Below are positions 1 to 14,661 of a stretch of DNA of 64,000 nucleotides, piece by piece. Within the stretch, counting starts at the first letter, position 1. Each line of letters opens with the position of its first letter. A program made the position numbers and the translations under genes. Source of the DNA: the human T2T-CHM13v2.0 reference genome, Homo sapiens; the NCBI RefSeq assembly GCF_009914755.1, contig NC_060936.1. One strand, 5' to 3'. The notes beneath the pieces are model-generated. The model saw nothing but the letters and a program-made list of their open reading frames with translations. It did no database searches and was not told the origin of the DNA.

Positions 1-10
1 TATCTATTCT

Positions 11-143
11 GGCTGGGTATGGTGGCTTATGCCTGTATTCCCAGCACTTTGCAAGGTCAAGGGAGGAGGATCACCTAAGGCCAGGAGTTCAAGACCAGCC
101 TGGACAACTTAGTGAGACTCTATCTCTGAAAAAAAAGAAAGAA
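11..143 (+). mobile_element. Alu left monomer (FLAM/AluJ-like)
   Basis: ggctgggtatggtggcttatgcctgtattcccagcactttg...aggagttcaagaccagcctgg plus A tail. Confidence 0.9.
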
Positions 144-174
144 AATATTAATCATTCTTGAGAAAAAAAAAAAA

Positions 175-375
175 GATTGAGAAACAAATTAACAGAGTCT
201 CAGAGGCTTATAGAACAATATCAAAAGGTCCAAAATGAAGGTAATTTGAGTCCTGGAAGGAAAAGAGAGGAGAGAGGGGGAGACAGAAAGAGAGAGAGAG
301 AATGAGGCAGGACAAAAAAAAAAAGGATTTGAAGAAATAATAAAATAATATCCATAAACTTTTCAAATTGGTGAT
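175..375 (+). mobile_element. Old L1 (L1M) ORF1-region fragment
   Basis: aacagagtctcagaggc...gtaatttgagtcctggaagg...tttgaagaaataat resembles degenerate L1 ORF1. Confidence 0.55.
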
Positions 376-469
376 TTAGCAGATCCAAAGAAAGGGCTGA
401 GATTCTGCCTTTCCAACAAGCTCATAGGTAGCATGGATTGACCATACTTTGAGTGTATAGGGTCTAGAC

Positions 470-671
470 CAGCACTGCCCAGTAGAACTTTCTGCCATGA
501 GAGAATATTCTACATCTTCATTGTCCCACATGGTAGCCACTAGCCAATGTGACTATTGAAAACTGGAAATGTGGGTAATGTAATTATAATACCTAATTTT
601 GCTTTTTGGTAATATAAACCTAAATTGAAAAACCACATGTGGCTAGAGGCTTCCATATTGAATGGTGCCAT
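470..671. mobile_element. MER3-like hAT-Charlie MITE
   Basis: cagcactgcccagtagaactttctgc...ccacatgtggctag; tctaga at both flanks. Confidence 0.75.
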
Positions 672-1796
672 TCTAGAGGATTTAATGAGATGGTACTTGT
701 AAAGAACTTGCAGGATACCCAGAATAAAATAGTTCTCAATATGAACTAACCATTATCACCAACATCATCGTCATCAAGATCCACCTACTTCATTCTCTTG
801 CTTAGGATCACCTGCTTTTCCCCCAACAGACTGGGACAAGACACTGTCCCTCATGACCTCTAGCTCCTTCCACCACCTAATTGTTGTTGACAAAGTTTTT
901 GCAGCCTCTTCCATTGTCCCATTAGAATGGGAAGATGACTTTTGTCTCATCCCAACTCCTTTAATTTCTCTGTGAGTCAAACAATGTTAGTCCTCTCTGG
1001 ATGAGGCTGGGGTTCCTTGTACTTTAAAGAGCCCTTCCACTGAAATGGCGTGAAGTTTTTATTCTTTACTTAAGAAGTTTTTATTCTTTACTTAAAGAAA
1101 GAGTTGTGAAAGCATGACACCATGCAGGCACAGGGGAGCCCTCCTGTTCCATCTCTGCTGTGCTCTCGTCAAGTCTCATATCAGCCCATGCACTCATAAG
1201 AATCAAGCCTAGATTGGAATAGCTATTAACTTTGTGAGGAAGAGAGGCTATCACCACAGTCAAGCCGTTTCTGTACAACAGTATTAAGCAGCAGCCACTG
1301 GGAGCATCTCCAATTGGCATGTTCCTACTCTAGCTGGAAACAGTATAGAAAGAGGGAAGGATTGCAAAGTAGCTGCGTCCCACTTCCCCGAGAGTGGGAA
1401 TAGGGAATTGATGGGGGGTTACTTCCTGGTTTTAACTAAACTAAAAGTCAAGGAGTTATCTACTAAAACTTTGAAACAGGCTTCAAAGGAGTCTGTATGG
1501 GCTGTGTGACTTTAGGCAAGTTTCTTAGCCTCTCTGAGTCCCAATTTCTTTATACGGTAAGTGGAGGCAATAATAATACCTATAACGTAGAGCTATTTTG
1601 AGGTGTGACAGCGGAGTAGTCCCAAAGAGAAGTCAATATGAGCATCCCAGCAATCCTACAAAATGATTTTTGAAGCTCCTTTGATCAGAAATATCTCCCT
1701 ATCTCAGTGCTTGGAATTTCATTATAAATGTCTTGGCTTAAAGCAATAGTGGAGAAAGACACTCACCTGAGAGGGATCGTAGGCTCAGAATATTCT

Positions 1797-1972
1797 AGTC
1801 CAAGCCTTTTCGAACTTTAAAGTGCATGTGGGTTACCTGGGAATCATGTTAAAATGCAGATTGGGATTCATTGGCCTGGGCTGGGGCCTGAGAATCTGAA
1901 TTTCTAGCAAGTTCCGGGCTAATCCAGATGCTTCTGTAGCACAGGCCACAGTTCAGGTAATGAGGCCCTAGG
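1797..1972. mobile_element. MER5-like hAT-Charlie MITE
   Basis: aaaatgcagatt...ggggcctgagaatctgaatttctagcaagttcc. Confidence 0.7.
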
Positions 1973-2089
1973 GATCTTGCTACATCTCATAAAACCAGTT
2001 CCCCTCACGGGGTTATCTTGCTCACAGTGACACACCAAATGTAGTAAAAAATGAAAATGCCAGATAATAATAATTCTATTACCAACCTT

Positions 2090-2210
2090 ATTTTATAGAT
2101 GGAAAAGCTAGATCTCAGAGAGGTTAAGATATTTGCCCCAAGGCACACAGCTAGTGAGAGAAAGATCTGGGATTTGAACCCATGGCTCTCTAGGTCTACG
2201 TGCTTCACCA
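2090..2210 (-). mobile_element. MIR fragment
   Basis: ttttatagatggaaaagc...gaggttaagatatttgccccaaggcacacagctagt core. Confidence 0.7.
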
Positions 2211-2407
2211 TTACGAAGTACTTGCAAAGGCCCACAATAAGGCTATTATCTCAGAATCTTCATTTTTTTTTTAATGGAAGGGAGGCTTGGTAGCCTAAAA
2301 TACTAGCCCATAACCTGTCAGTGGTATGCCTTTTTGCATCTTAGAATCACCTGGGGGAGACATTTAAACTATTAATGCCCAAAGCTCACCATGCACCAAT
2401 TAAATCA

Positions 2408-2755
<348 letters not shown>

Positions 2756-3994
2756 CTAAGGAAGAGAATTATTGGCTTCAAGCCTGGGCTCTGACCACCA
2801 AGGAGAACAATGCAATTGAAAAAGCCAGAGGGCTCGGCAGAGACATGGCCAACACGATTCATGTAGCCAAGAAGGCAGTTCCTACCTTAGCCTTGTGCCA
2901 GCAGCCACTCCCCCCTTTTCATCAGTATTAACAGTTACAATCCTAATGTCTCTCTATTATCCATGCATAATGAAGCCTGATGAGGATTAAGATGGGTACA
3001 CAATCATGGGGGATGGTGGGAAGAGAATAGCTGTGGGTATGTAATTAGACCCACTAATTGTCCAATGTTAAAGATGCTTTTCCTGCATCTCATTGAGATG
3101 TTTAGTAAACAAAGGGGAGGGTGGGGAGAGCTCAGTGAAAGCTACAGCTGCATTTCCCAGGGCTTCACTCAGCAGAAGTCTAAAAAACCCAGCATTCCTT
3201 GTTTGGGCGCTGATATACACTGAAAGACCCAGAGGGCCTTGCATGGCAAGAGTGGGTAGTGGGACAGAGAGGGATTTAGAATCGATGTACTCTAATGCAA
3301 TCCTTCTACAGACGGGGAGAACCAGCAACCCTTATCCCAACTCCTAAAAGAGCTGCCCAGACTCGTGGCATCCGTCCTTCCCTAAGAAGTCCTCTAAATG
3401 GACCACTGCTGAGTGTTGCCTGCCTGACATCCTTTTCCCTTCATTTGCTACCAACAACTTCATTTTTATTTGGAGACTTGTTCCTGCCTACTCACTCCCA
3501 TTGAATGCATTTCTTTGGGGCTGTCCATCAAAATGCTCCTTCTTCCCTTGATTCAATCTGAACCACTCAGCTCTCTCCTAGGAGTGAAATCTTAAGCACA
3601 GCAAAGACAGACTAGAAATAGGTGGAGCTGACCAATCATTGTCACCAAGCCCCGAAACCACTGGTTTCCACAGCCACCTGGTTCCCCAGGGTGCCAAAGT
3701 CCTTTCATTCCTAGGGACTGTCATTCAGCTACATTTGGTCCCATGAGATATTCTTACCAATTCACTTTTGTTCAAAATAGCCAAGAGCTTGATAATACTG
3801 TGTCCCATGTTTCATAAGCAGAAGGCTGGAAATAAAGTGGAGAAGTACACAAAAAACCCTTGCTTCCAATATCACAGGACTTTGAGTTCACAGATCATTA
3901 GAATGAGAGTGGACTTAACTGACCAACTCCCTGCCAAGTCATTGTCCAGCCTCCCAGTGGGAAGTCTTCACCTCCCAGTGAATCTTCTTCAATG

Positions 3995-4160
3995 GGTTTT
4001 GCAGCTCTGCCACTTGCTGGCTGTGGAGTAAAGGACAAATCACTTTGCTGCTCTGAGGCTCAGTTTGTATATGTTGTTGCACTGTGTGTTCTGAATGAGA
4101 TAATGTCTGCAAAATGCTTTGCATATATATGGTATACAGTAAGTACTCAAATAAAGGCAG
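3995..4160 (+). mobile_element. MIR fragment
   Basis: cagctctgccacttgctggctgtg...ctctgaggctcagttt...agtaagtactcaaataaa. Confidence 0.6.
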
Positions 4161-4307
4161 TTACCATATCTTGCATGGAAACAAAATCTGCCTATTCCCA
4201 GAGCACCACCCCCACACCATCCCACTTACCTCATAGAACCAAAGGTCTTTGACAAGGAAAATGTTTCTAGGTCTTCATGTTACTAAAATAACAGACCCAG
4301 AGAGCTC

Positions 4308-4361
4308 CAAGAGGTAACCCAGCCTCACGTAGCCTCAAGAGGTAACCCAGCCTCACGTAGC
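4308..4361. repeat. Tandem duplication, 28 bp period
   Basis: caagaggtaacccagcctcacgtagc twice, identical, separated by ct. Confidence 0.9.
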
Positions 4362-5029
4362 AAGCAACTGTGGTACGGGACTTGAGTTCCATAATGTCTT
4401 GCTGGCTGGCTGGTCTTTGAGCCATACCTTCAATGTTGTCTCCAAGGTCCAAAAGGAGACCTGAAACCACCAAGATGGACAACAGGGAAGAAAATTGTTT
4501 CTTGTGGAAAAAGAAAGAGAAAAGGAAATTATTTGATACAGTGCTCCCAGATTCCATCTTGAACATGTCCATCACCCATCACCTCGCTGGGTAATTGCCC
4601 ACACAGTTACTGCATTACAGCTCCAATTAGATACTGTGGCCTACATTTGGGAAACCAAATAATTCACTCTGCTAAATTTGGTGCTGGGATTCTGCATTTA
4701 TAAATCCAGCCCAGCGTGAGATCCAGGACAAATAAAACTCTATTCCCTGGACAGGTTAAGATGAGGCATCCATTCTTATTACAAACCCAATTAAAGCTTC
4801 CTAGAATCACAAGATGTGTAAAGCGTTGGTGAGGCATGCCAGAGATCTCAAACCCAAATGCCTGCAGAGGCTAGGCCAGTAATGTCAATGAATGAAGACG
4901 GACAGGTGGATGCTATCGTGACCCGAGGGGTATATGCTTGGCCTAAGGAAGGAAGCCACCACTCAGCATCAGCTAATCATCGCCATGTGGGAGTATGGGC
5001 CCAGGGTTGCCACTCCCAGCTCCATCATT

Positions 5030-5205
5030 CACCAGCTGTGTGACCTTGGGCAAGCCACTAAACTTTTCTTGTCACTCAATTTTCTCATCCACAAAATGAA
5101 GATAATAATAGTGGCTACCTCTTAAGGTGGTTCTGAGAATTAAATATGCCATACATTGAAGTACTTAGAACATTGCTTACCCCATAGGAAGGACTCAATA
5201 ACTAC
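5030..5205 (+). mobile_element. MIR
   Basis: agctgtgtgaccttgggcaagc...ttttctcatccacaaaatgaagataata. Confidence 0.75.
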
Positions 5206-6120
5206 TAGCTTGTTGGTTGTTAAGTCAATGGTTTCAAAACAACGGATTCTTGGAGTCCATTATGGGGGCAAGGGTATTCAAGCTATTCTCAATATAGAAA
5301 GGCTAACTACAGGGGGTAAGACCAGATTGACTAAAGAATCTTTTATTTTGGCTGGTATTCTGGCATTCTAGTAGACTCTAGAAGAATTACATTAGGACTA
5401 TTGCAATCAGAACCTTATTTGACTCATGATTATCTTTAACTTATTAAAATTTGGGCAACTAATTAATTCCTATTTTATGCAGTGGATTTAGTGAGCAAGA
5501 TATTTTCAATTAAGGAGTCCTGGGGATAAAACAACAGGATTCTTGGTGAGCAAAAATTTGGGCACCGTTGTTCTATAACTAGAATATAGAAGATCTGGGT
5601 TTGGAATCGAGATGCTTAAATCCTTGACTTCATTATGATAATCGAAAGGAAATTCACCGATCATGGGTGGAGGATACTAGTGAACAAACTATTGTGAAAA
5701 TTAGTAAATAAAGGGAAAGGAGCATGCATTTATTCTGCCTTTCCTCAAAGAACTGTACCTCAGGCTACCCAAATATTTGATAATACATTATAGATGTATT
5801 ATAGGTAATAAATAAATATGGAATTATAGAAAGAGTATCACCCTTTTACAAACCCTACAAAATTAATAGATTTAGGCATTGAGCATCAATAGCTGCTAAT
5901 ATCACAAAAAGCACACTACCTGCTATGTCTTACAAAAAGAAATGAACATAAGTCTGATAAACCCTCTAGATCCAACTACCAATTTTCAAGGAAAACCAAG
6001 AAAAGAACACCTTAAAGAAACCATGAGACTATAGCAAAATATAGACTGGAGGAATCTTCTAGAGAAAATAACAGTTCTTCCACAATAAATTGCAAAGACC
6101 AAAAGGGTTATAAAGGAAGG

Positions 6121-6409
6121 GGACAGGTACAGTGATTCATTCCTGTAAACCCAGTGCTCTGGGAGGCTGAGGTGGAAGGATAGCTTGAGGCCGGGAGTTC
6201 AAGACCAGCCTGGGCAACATAGTGAGACCCCCATCTCTACAACAAATAAAAACACCAGACAGGGTGGTGTGAGCCTGTATTCCCAGCAACTCAGGAGGCT
6301 GAGGTGGAAGGATTGCTTGGGCCCAGGAGTTCAAGGCTGCAGTGAGCTATGATCACACCACTGCACTCCAGCCTGGGTGACAGAGTGTGAGACCCTGTCT
6401 CTGAAAAAA
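6121..6409 (+). mobile_element. Alu (AluJ-like)
   Basis: dimer with ggagttcaaggctgcagtgagctatgatc. Confidence 0.93.
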
Positions 6410-6506
6410 GCAAGAGAGAGAGAGAGTTAGAAAGGAAGGGGATCTACAGATTTAAAAAGACTTAGGCATATTAACCAAGTGAAACATATGAACTTTATTT
6501 GGATCC

Positions 6507-7002
6507 TGTGGTGGGCAGAATAATGGCCTGCAAAGATGTTCATCTCCTCATCCCTAGAACCTGTGAATACAGGTTATGGCAAAAGAGACTTCGCACACGA
6601 GGTTAAGGTTAGGGATCTTGAGATGGGAAGATTACTCCAAGTTTTTCAGGAAGGGTCAGTCTAATTTAATGAGTCTGTAAAAGTGGAGAATCCTTTCTGG
6701 CTGTAATCAGAAAGCAATGTGACTATAAAAGAAGGATCAGAGAGGAGCGATGTAACTGGTTTAGATGGTGGAGGAAGGGAGCCACAAGCCACAGGATGTG
6801 AACAACCTCTAAGAAGGTGGAAAACACAAACAGGCAGGTTCTCCTACAGAGCCTCCAGAAAGGCACATGGCTCTAATGATGCCTTGACTTCTGCTCAGAG
6901 ATATCCGTGTTCAACTTCCAGAACTATAAGATCATAAATTTGTATTGCTTAAGCCACCAAGTTTATAGTGATTTGTTACAGCAGCAATGGAAAACTAATA
7001 TG
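6507..7002 (+). mobile_element. MaLR solo LTR (MLT1D-like)
   Basis: tgtggtgggcagaataatggcc...gaaaactaata; 5 bp TSD gatcc. Confidence 0.85.
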
Positions 7003-7029
7003 GATCCAAACAAGCAAACCATAGTTTTG

Positions 7030-7135
7030 GGATGATCTGTGCAGCAAACCGCCATGGCACATGTTTACCTATGTAACAGACCTGCACATCCTGCACATGT
7101 ACCCCTGAACTTAAGAGTTGTAAATAAAATAAATA
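7030..7135 (+). mobile_element. Short L1PA 3' end
   Basis: ccatggcacatgtttacctatgtaac...gcacatgtacccctgaacttaa plus A-rich tail. Confidence 0.85.
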
Positions 7136-7289
7136 CATTTTAAAATTTTTTAAATAAAAATTAAATCATTGGGAGAAATTTTAACAGTAGATATTTGATG
7201 ATTTTAAGAAATTAGTGAGCTAAGAAATTACTTGATAGTATTAAAGAATTAGCTGATCATGACATTTCAAATTTTTGGTAATCCCCAGA

Positions 7290-7684
7290 TTTTTGTGTTT
7301 TTGGTGCAATGCTCCTGCAAGTGATGTTTTGAGTGAGTACTCACAGGAGGAAAGAGATAATGGGGGCAAAGCAGGGAAGAGGGTAAACTCTAAGCAAGGG
7401 TATGGCCAGCTAGAGAATAGCCTTAGCCTGGACCCAGAAGGATCTGTGGAGCATAAATTACATCATAGAGATGACAACACCTAGAGGCCAGGAATCTGGA
7501 TTTTGTTCCTCTGTGTCAGTTACTGGCTCTGTGCTGCTGCCAGGTAATAGAGGGCTAAAGCTGACTCACCAGAGAATGAGGCGAGGTATCCATGAGGCAT
7601 GCAGTCAGCACTCACAGCACCTGGAACACGGGTCCACCAGCCCATTAAAGGGATCTGGGAGGGACACCAACAGCGTCTATTACA
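7290..7684 (-). mobile_element. ERVL LTR (LTR16-type), 3' LTR of provirus
   Basis: ends ...caccaacagcgtctattaca (TG start on minus strand) next to a PPT-like tract; homologous to 18818-19200. Confidence 0.7.
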
Positions 7685-9073
7685 GTCTACGCCTTAAACT
7701 GCTCCGATCCATCGCTTCTCACATTAAGTTCATTCCATGCAGCTGTAGCTTCTCTCTAGGACTCTGACTGGTCACCATTTGGAAGAAATTTTGACAAGAA
7801 GATTAGTGGGATAAACTAGAGCTTCCACGGCTGCAGGTGGTCTCGAGGCTATCACTAATACTCACCATCTCCCTCCTCCACGACTCATTCTAGATCACCC
7901 TCTCCATCAGTTAGCACTTCTGCTGGACTAAAAGGCTGGTCAGATGGAGTGATACACACCCTCATCCTGGAGGGTCTGAGCCCCTGGTTACAATGCTCTT
8001 ATCAGGCAGTGGTTGCTAACTGCCCATTTTCAGTGACAGTTAGTCATGGGGGTACAAAGTAATGCCCCGGTGAAGCACCTGAGAACCAATAATATCTCTC
8101 TCTGTTCTCATGGTGTAGCTGCAGCCCAGTCTCATCATGATAAGAAGGGCCAATGCCCTGTGCCAGGATGGTGACTATTTTCTTTGCCTTATGGTCTTCT
8201 CAAAGTGCCCAGATGGCAGGCATAGATTTATGTTTGCTTTTATTGTGTCCTCTGGTGGAAATTGCCCCCGCTGGAAATTATAATCTTGAGGTTCACAGAG
8301 CCTGATGACACCACACAAATCCTCCAAGCTCATCACTAGGAGGTATGGAGAGCGAATCAATGCCAATTTTCATTTCTTGGCTCTCGAACCCAATATTCTA
8401 CCTCTTAATGACACAGCAAGATATAATGGCCATTGATTTACAGAATATTCTGCATCCATAAGGCTAGTGTGCCAAACTTGCAGGGTGTCATCTCTAAGCT
8501 AACAGATCAGCTATGCGTTCAGTGGGCCATTCCACTGCTCTAACAGATGTACCCGCCTCTGGATAATGCAGAATACGGTAAGACCAGTGGATCTTATGGT
8601 CATGTGCCCACTGCTGCATCACTTGGCACAAAGTAGGATTCTACAGTATCACATGATGGCACATACATATGAATCCTTAAACAGCAGTGTTGGCTGAGGC
8701 CCTGAGAGCAGGAAAGGCAAACACACACCTGGAATACACGTCAATCCCAATCAAGATGTCCACAGTGTAAAAATCTAATACAGTCAATTTTTCACTCTAT
8801 CATGTCCACATCAGGTGCGGATGGTTTCCTCCAGGGATTATATCATGTGGGAGACAGCATTCTCTCTGTTGTGAGAAGATTAGTGATTGAGCAACAGCAG
8901 TACCTGGATCAGCCTTGGTAAGACAGATCATGGTGTTTGTCCCATGCATCATCTCCATCTCTGCCACCACGGCTACTCCGTGGTGCAAACCCTGGGTTGG
9001 CCACAGAGAGAGAATAGCTGACACCTACTGGCTAAGTCATCCTGTCCATATGATTTTTTTAGTGCTTTTTTCA

Positions 9074-9535
<462 letters not shown>

Positions 9536-9599
9536 TCACCACTTTCCAGAAGTTCATGTCTGTATTAGGCTATTCCTGCATTGCTATAAAGAAATACCT

Positions 9600-9877
9600 G
9601 GCCGGGCATGGTAGCTCACACCTGTAATCCCAACAGTTTGGGGCACCAAGGCGTGCAGATTACCTTTGGTCAGGAGTTCGAGACCAGCCTGGCCAACATG
9701 GTGAAACCTCGTCTCTACTAAAAATGCAAAAATTAGTCAGCCGTGGTAGCACGCACCTGTAATCCCAGATACTCAGGAGGCTGAGGCAGGAGAATCGCTT
9801 GAACCCAGGAGGCAGAGGTTGCAGTGAGCCAAGATCACACCATTGCACTCCAGCCTGGGCAACAAGAGCAAAACTTG
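9600..9877 (+). mobile_element. Alu (AluS) with tail expanded into a microsatellite
   Basis: full dimer directly followed by GAAA array. Confidence 0.95.
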
Positions 9878-9938
9878 AAAGAAAGAAAAGCAAGAAAGCA
9901 AGAAAGCAAGAAAGCAAGAAAGCAAGAAAGCAAGAAAG

Positions 9939-10008
<70 letters not shown>

Positions 10009-10070
10009 GAAGGAAGGAAGGAAGGAAGGAAGGAAGGAAGGAAGGAAGGAAGGAAGGAAGGAAGAAAGGA

Positions 10071-10110
<40 letters not shown>

Positions 10111-10259
10111 GAAAGAAAGAGAGAGAAAGGAAGGAAGGAAGGAGAAAGAAAGAGAGAGAGAAAGGAAGGAAGGAAGGAAGGAAGGAAGGAAGGAAGGAAG
10201 GAAGGAAGGAAGGAAGGAAGGAAGGAAGGGAGGAAGGAAGGGAGGGAGGGAGAGAGAGA
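9878..10259 (+). repeat. Compound (AAAGCAAG)n/(GAAA)n/(GGAA)n microsatellite
   Basis: ~380 bp; GGAA x14 (10008-10063) and GGAA x16 (10164-10227). Confidence 0.98.
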
Positions 10260-10530
10260 CCTGAGACTGGGTAATTTATTAAGAAAAGATTTTCCATTGA
10301 CTCACAGTTCCACAGTCTTTAAAGAAAGGCAACAGCATCTGCTCAGCTTCTGGTGAACCCTCAAAGAGCTTTCACTCATGGTGCAAGGTGAAGCAGGAGC
10401 AGGCATATCACATGGCAAAAGCAGGAGCAGGAGGCAGGGAGGTGCCACACACTTTTACACAACCAGATCTCATACGAACTCAGAGTGAGAGCTCACTTAC
10501 CATTAAGGGGGTGGCACAAGCCATTCATGA

Positions 10531-10898
<368 letters not shown>

Positions 10899-11448
10899 GG
10901 AGATTACATTTCAACATGAGATTTGGGTGGGGACAAATATCCAAACTGTGTCAATGTTTATCCTTAACTTGGGCCATTTCTCTCTCTACACAAAGTGAAT
11001 GGCTTGGAAGGTGCTCAGAGATTGAGACGATCTCCCCTCACCAGTCCTTCAGGGCCAACTCCAAGTGTGCCTGTAGTGCTGCCACAGTCCATTTTTGGCT
11101 TACAGCCACAGACTGGGTCAAGCAAGCTTATTCCTCTTCCACCAGCTGGAAACCCCTCCATGTGTCATAAGTGAGAGTCAAGAGAGTGGCCCTGGGTGCT
11201 TGTGTTCCCTGGACCTGCTTGAGCCCAGTCCAATAGATACCACCTCCAATTTACAACAAACTGCTGCTGGGCCCACCTGACCTTATGCCTTTATAGGCCT
11301 CACAGTGCCCAGCTCTTGATGAGACTAGCAGCTTCCAACTACATGGTTACTTGATATCACACAATCAGACACTCGGTTGTCACCAGAGCCCAGTAGCAAG
11401 CCCAGAGCTGCTTTTCAGATGGTATATACTGTTGGGTGCTTTAGATGG

Positions 11449-11911
11449 TGTGTTTGTTTCCCAGAGCTGCCATAACAAATTATCACCAACTGGGTGGCTT
11501 AAAACAACAGAAAACTTATTCCTCACAGTTCTGGAGGCCAGAAGTCCAAAGTCAAGGTGTTCACAGGGTTGGTTCCTTCTGAGGCTCTCAGGGAGAAACC
11601 ATCCCATGCCTCTCTCCCAGCTTCTGGTGTTGCTGGCAATTCTTGGTGTTTCTTGTCTTCTAGACACATTGCTCCAGTCTCCGCCTCTGTCTTCATATGG
11701 CATTCTCTCCCTGTGAGTAAGTATGCCTCCAGATCTCCCTCTCCTTATAAGGACACAAGTCATCCTATTTAGGGTGCACCCTAATACAGGATGACCTTAT
11801 TTTAACTTGATTACATCTGCAAAGACATTATTTCCATATAAGGTCACATTCATAGGTACCAGGAGTTAGGACTTCAACACATCTTTTTGAGACACAATTC
11901 CACCAACTATA
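11449..11911 (-). mobile_element. MaLR solo LTR (MLT1B/C-like)
   Basis: gctgccataacaaattatc...aaggtcacattcataggtacc; TSD gatgg/gatag. Confidence 0.85.
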
Positions 11912-12467
11912 GATAGCATGGCCATATACCAAAACCCCAGCATCCTTCTCTACCAAAAATCCCCCTAGTTCCATGATGTTTGCTAAGTCATATGCTCAAG
12001 CAATAGGGCTGCTTGTACAGCAGCTTGGATCTGCTCCAGAGCCCTTTTCTGCTCTTGGCTGAACTCAAAAACTAGCAGCCTTCCCTGTCATTCGATAAAA
12101 GTGTTGGAGAAGTATTTTCAAGTGCAAAGTATTCTGTCTTCAAAACCCAAAAAGGCCCACCAAGCATTGTGCTTCTTTTTATTTGGTGGAAGGTGCAAAG
12201 TGCAATAACTTGTCCTTACCTTAACAGGGGATGTGCTGGCAGATCATTGGACCCTTGAAAACTTCACTAACATGGCAAGCTTCTGAATCTTAATAGGTTT
12301 TCTCTCCTATCTTCTGGACGAAATTTGACTTACCGAGGCATTCAGGGTACTTCCCATTCCTTTTTTGTATTTTAATCTTTTTAAATTTGATTTTCTTAAT
12401 TGGCCCACAATAATTATATATACCTATGAGGTACATAGTGATGTTGTGATACATATAAAGTATAGTG

Positions 12468-12790
<323 letters not shown>

Positions 12791-12903
12791 AAAAATATAG
12801 TGATTAAATCAGGATACTTAGAAATATCATCACCTCAGACATTTATCATTTCTTTGTGTTGGAATATTCAGTATCCTCCTTCTAGCTATTTGAAACTATA
12901 TAC

Positions 12904-13220
<317 letters not shown>

Positions 13221-13911
13221 TGAAACTATGTAATATATTTCTGTTAACTACAGTCATTTGCAGCAACATGGATGGAACCGGAAGGCATTATGTTAAGTGA
13301 AATGCAGGTTCTCACTTATATGTGAAACCTAAAAAGAGTTAATCTCATAGAAGTAAAAAGTAGAACAGAGGATACTAGAGGCAGGGCAGAGTAAGGGGAC
13401 AGGGGCAGAAAAGGAAAGATTTGTTAAAGGATACAAAACTACAGCTAGATGGAAGGAATGTGTTCTAATACTTTATAGCACACGTAGGATGACTCAGCAC
13501 TTTCTGCTCATCAGGTCTAATTAACACGATGTCACTAAGGTGGTGGAGCAATGTGATGTCCTGCAGACTTTCTAGGGGATCCAGGTCCCTTCAGACTATA
13601 TTGAGCAAAGAACTGGAGAATTAACATGGCCCTGAGGAAAGACCATGAATTTATCTGTTATTTGTCCCATGTAAATGAAGACTGCTTCTGATGCTCATTC
13701 TTGACAGGTATTGAAAAGGACACATTCACTAGATCAGTAGCTGTACATCTCACATCAGAGGCTGTGCTGCTCTGCTCTGGAAAAGATACTGCTACTAGCA
13801 TAGCAGTGAGATCACGGCTGCTACTTGATTGCATTTGAGATAGTCCACTGTCATCCGCCATGATCTGCCTGGTTTTTGCAGGGGTTGATTAATTTAAAAA
13901 GAAGCAATGGG

Positions 13912-14661
13912 CGGCCAGCCGCCCCGTCCGGGAGGGAGTTGGGGGGCAGCCCCCACCCCGGCCAGCCGCCCCATCCGGGAGGGAGGTGGGGGGCAGCCCC
14001 CGCCCAGCCATTGCCCCGTCTGGGAGGTGGGGGGCGCCTCGGCCCAGCTGCCCCGTCTGGGAAGTGAGGAGCCCCTCTGCCCGGCCGCCACCCCGTCTGG
14101 GAGGTGTACCCAACAGCTCATTGAGAACAGGCCATGATGACGATGGCGCTTTGTCGAATATTAAAGGGGGAAATGTGGGGAAAAGAAAGAGAGATCAGAT
14201 TGTTACTGTGTCTGTGTAGAAAGAAGTAGACATGGGAGACTCCATTTTGTTCTGTACTAAGAGAAATTCTTCTGCCTTGGGATGCTGTTAATCTATAACC
14301 TTACCCCCAACCCCGTGCTCTCTGAAACATGTGCTGTGTCCACTCAGGGTTAAATGGATTAAGGGCGGTGCAAGATGTGCTTTGTTAAACAGATGCTTGA
14401 AGGCAGCATGCTCTTTAAGAGTCATCACCACTCCCTAATCTCAAGTACCCAGGGACACAAACACTGCGGAAGGCCGCAGGGTCCTCTGCCTAGGAAAACC
14501 AGAGACCCTTGTTCACATGTTTATCTGCTGACCTTCCCTCCACTATTGTCCTATGACCCTGCCAAATCCCCCTCTCCGAGAAACACCCAAGAATGATCAA
14601 TAAATACTAAAAAAATAAAATAAAATAAAATAAAAATAAATAAAAAATAAAATAAATAAAT
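13912..14661 (+). mobile_element. 5'-truncated SVA (partial VNTR + SINE-R + poly-A)
   Basis: GC-rich VNTR units (gccccgtctgggaggtg), SINE-R ...aagaatgatcaataaatac; 16 bp TSD aaaaagaagcaatggg at a TT/AAAA site. Confidence 0.97.

Larger units (their letters stand above)
5640..7260 (+). mobile_element. Fragmented L1MC-type 3' end, interrupted by Alu, MLT1 and L1PA
   Basis: AT-rich L1MC-like 3' UTR pieces (aataaagggaaaggagcatgcatttattctgcctttcc; gatatttgatgattttaagaaatt). Confidence 0.55.

Noticed and set aside
9773-10356. Long ORFs (146-185 aa) rich in K/E/R or F/L/S/P
   Set aside because: They are translations of the GAAA/GGAA microsatellite and Alu, not genes.
13658-13861. RT-like ORF
   Set aside because: Genuine ERVL pol homology, but frameshifted, with the catalytic YIDD-type motif decayed and an SVA interruption; not a functional CDS.
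13912-14105. CpG-island-like GC-rich patch
   Set aside because: It is the SVA VNTR, not a gene promoter.
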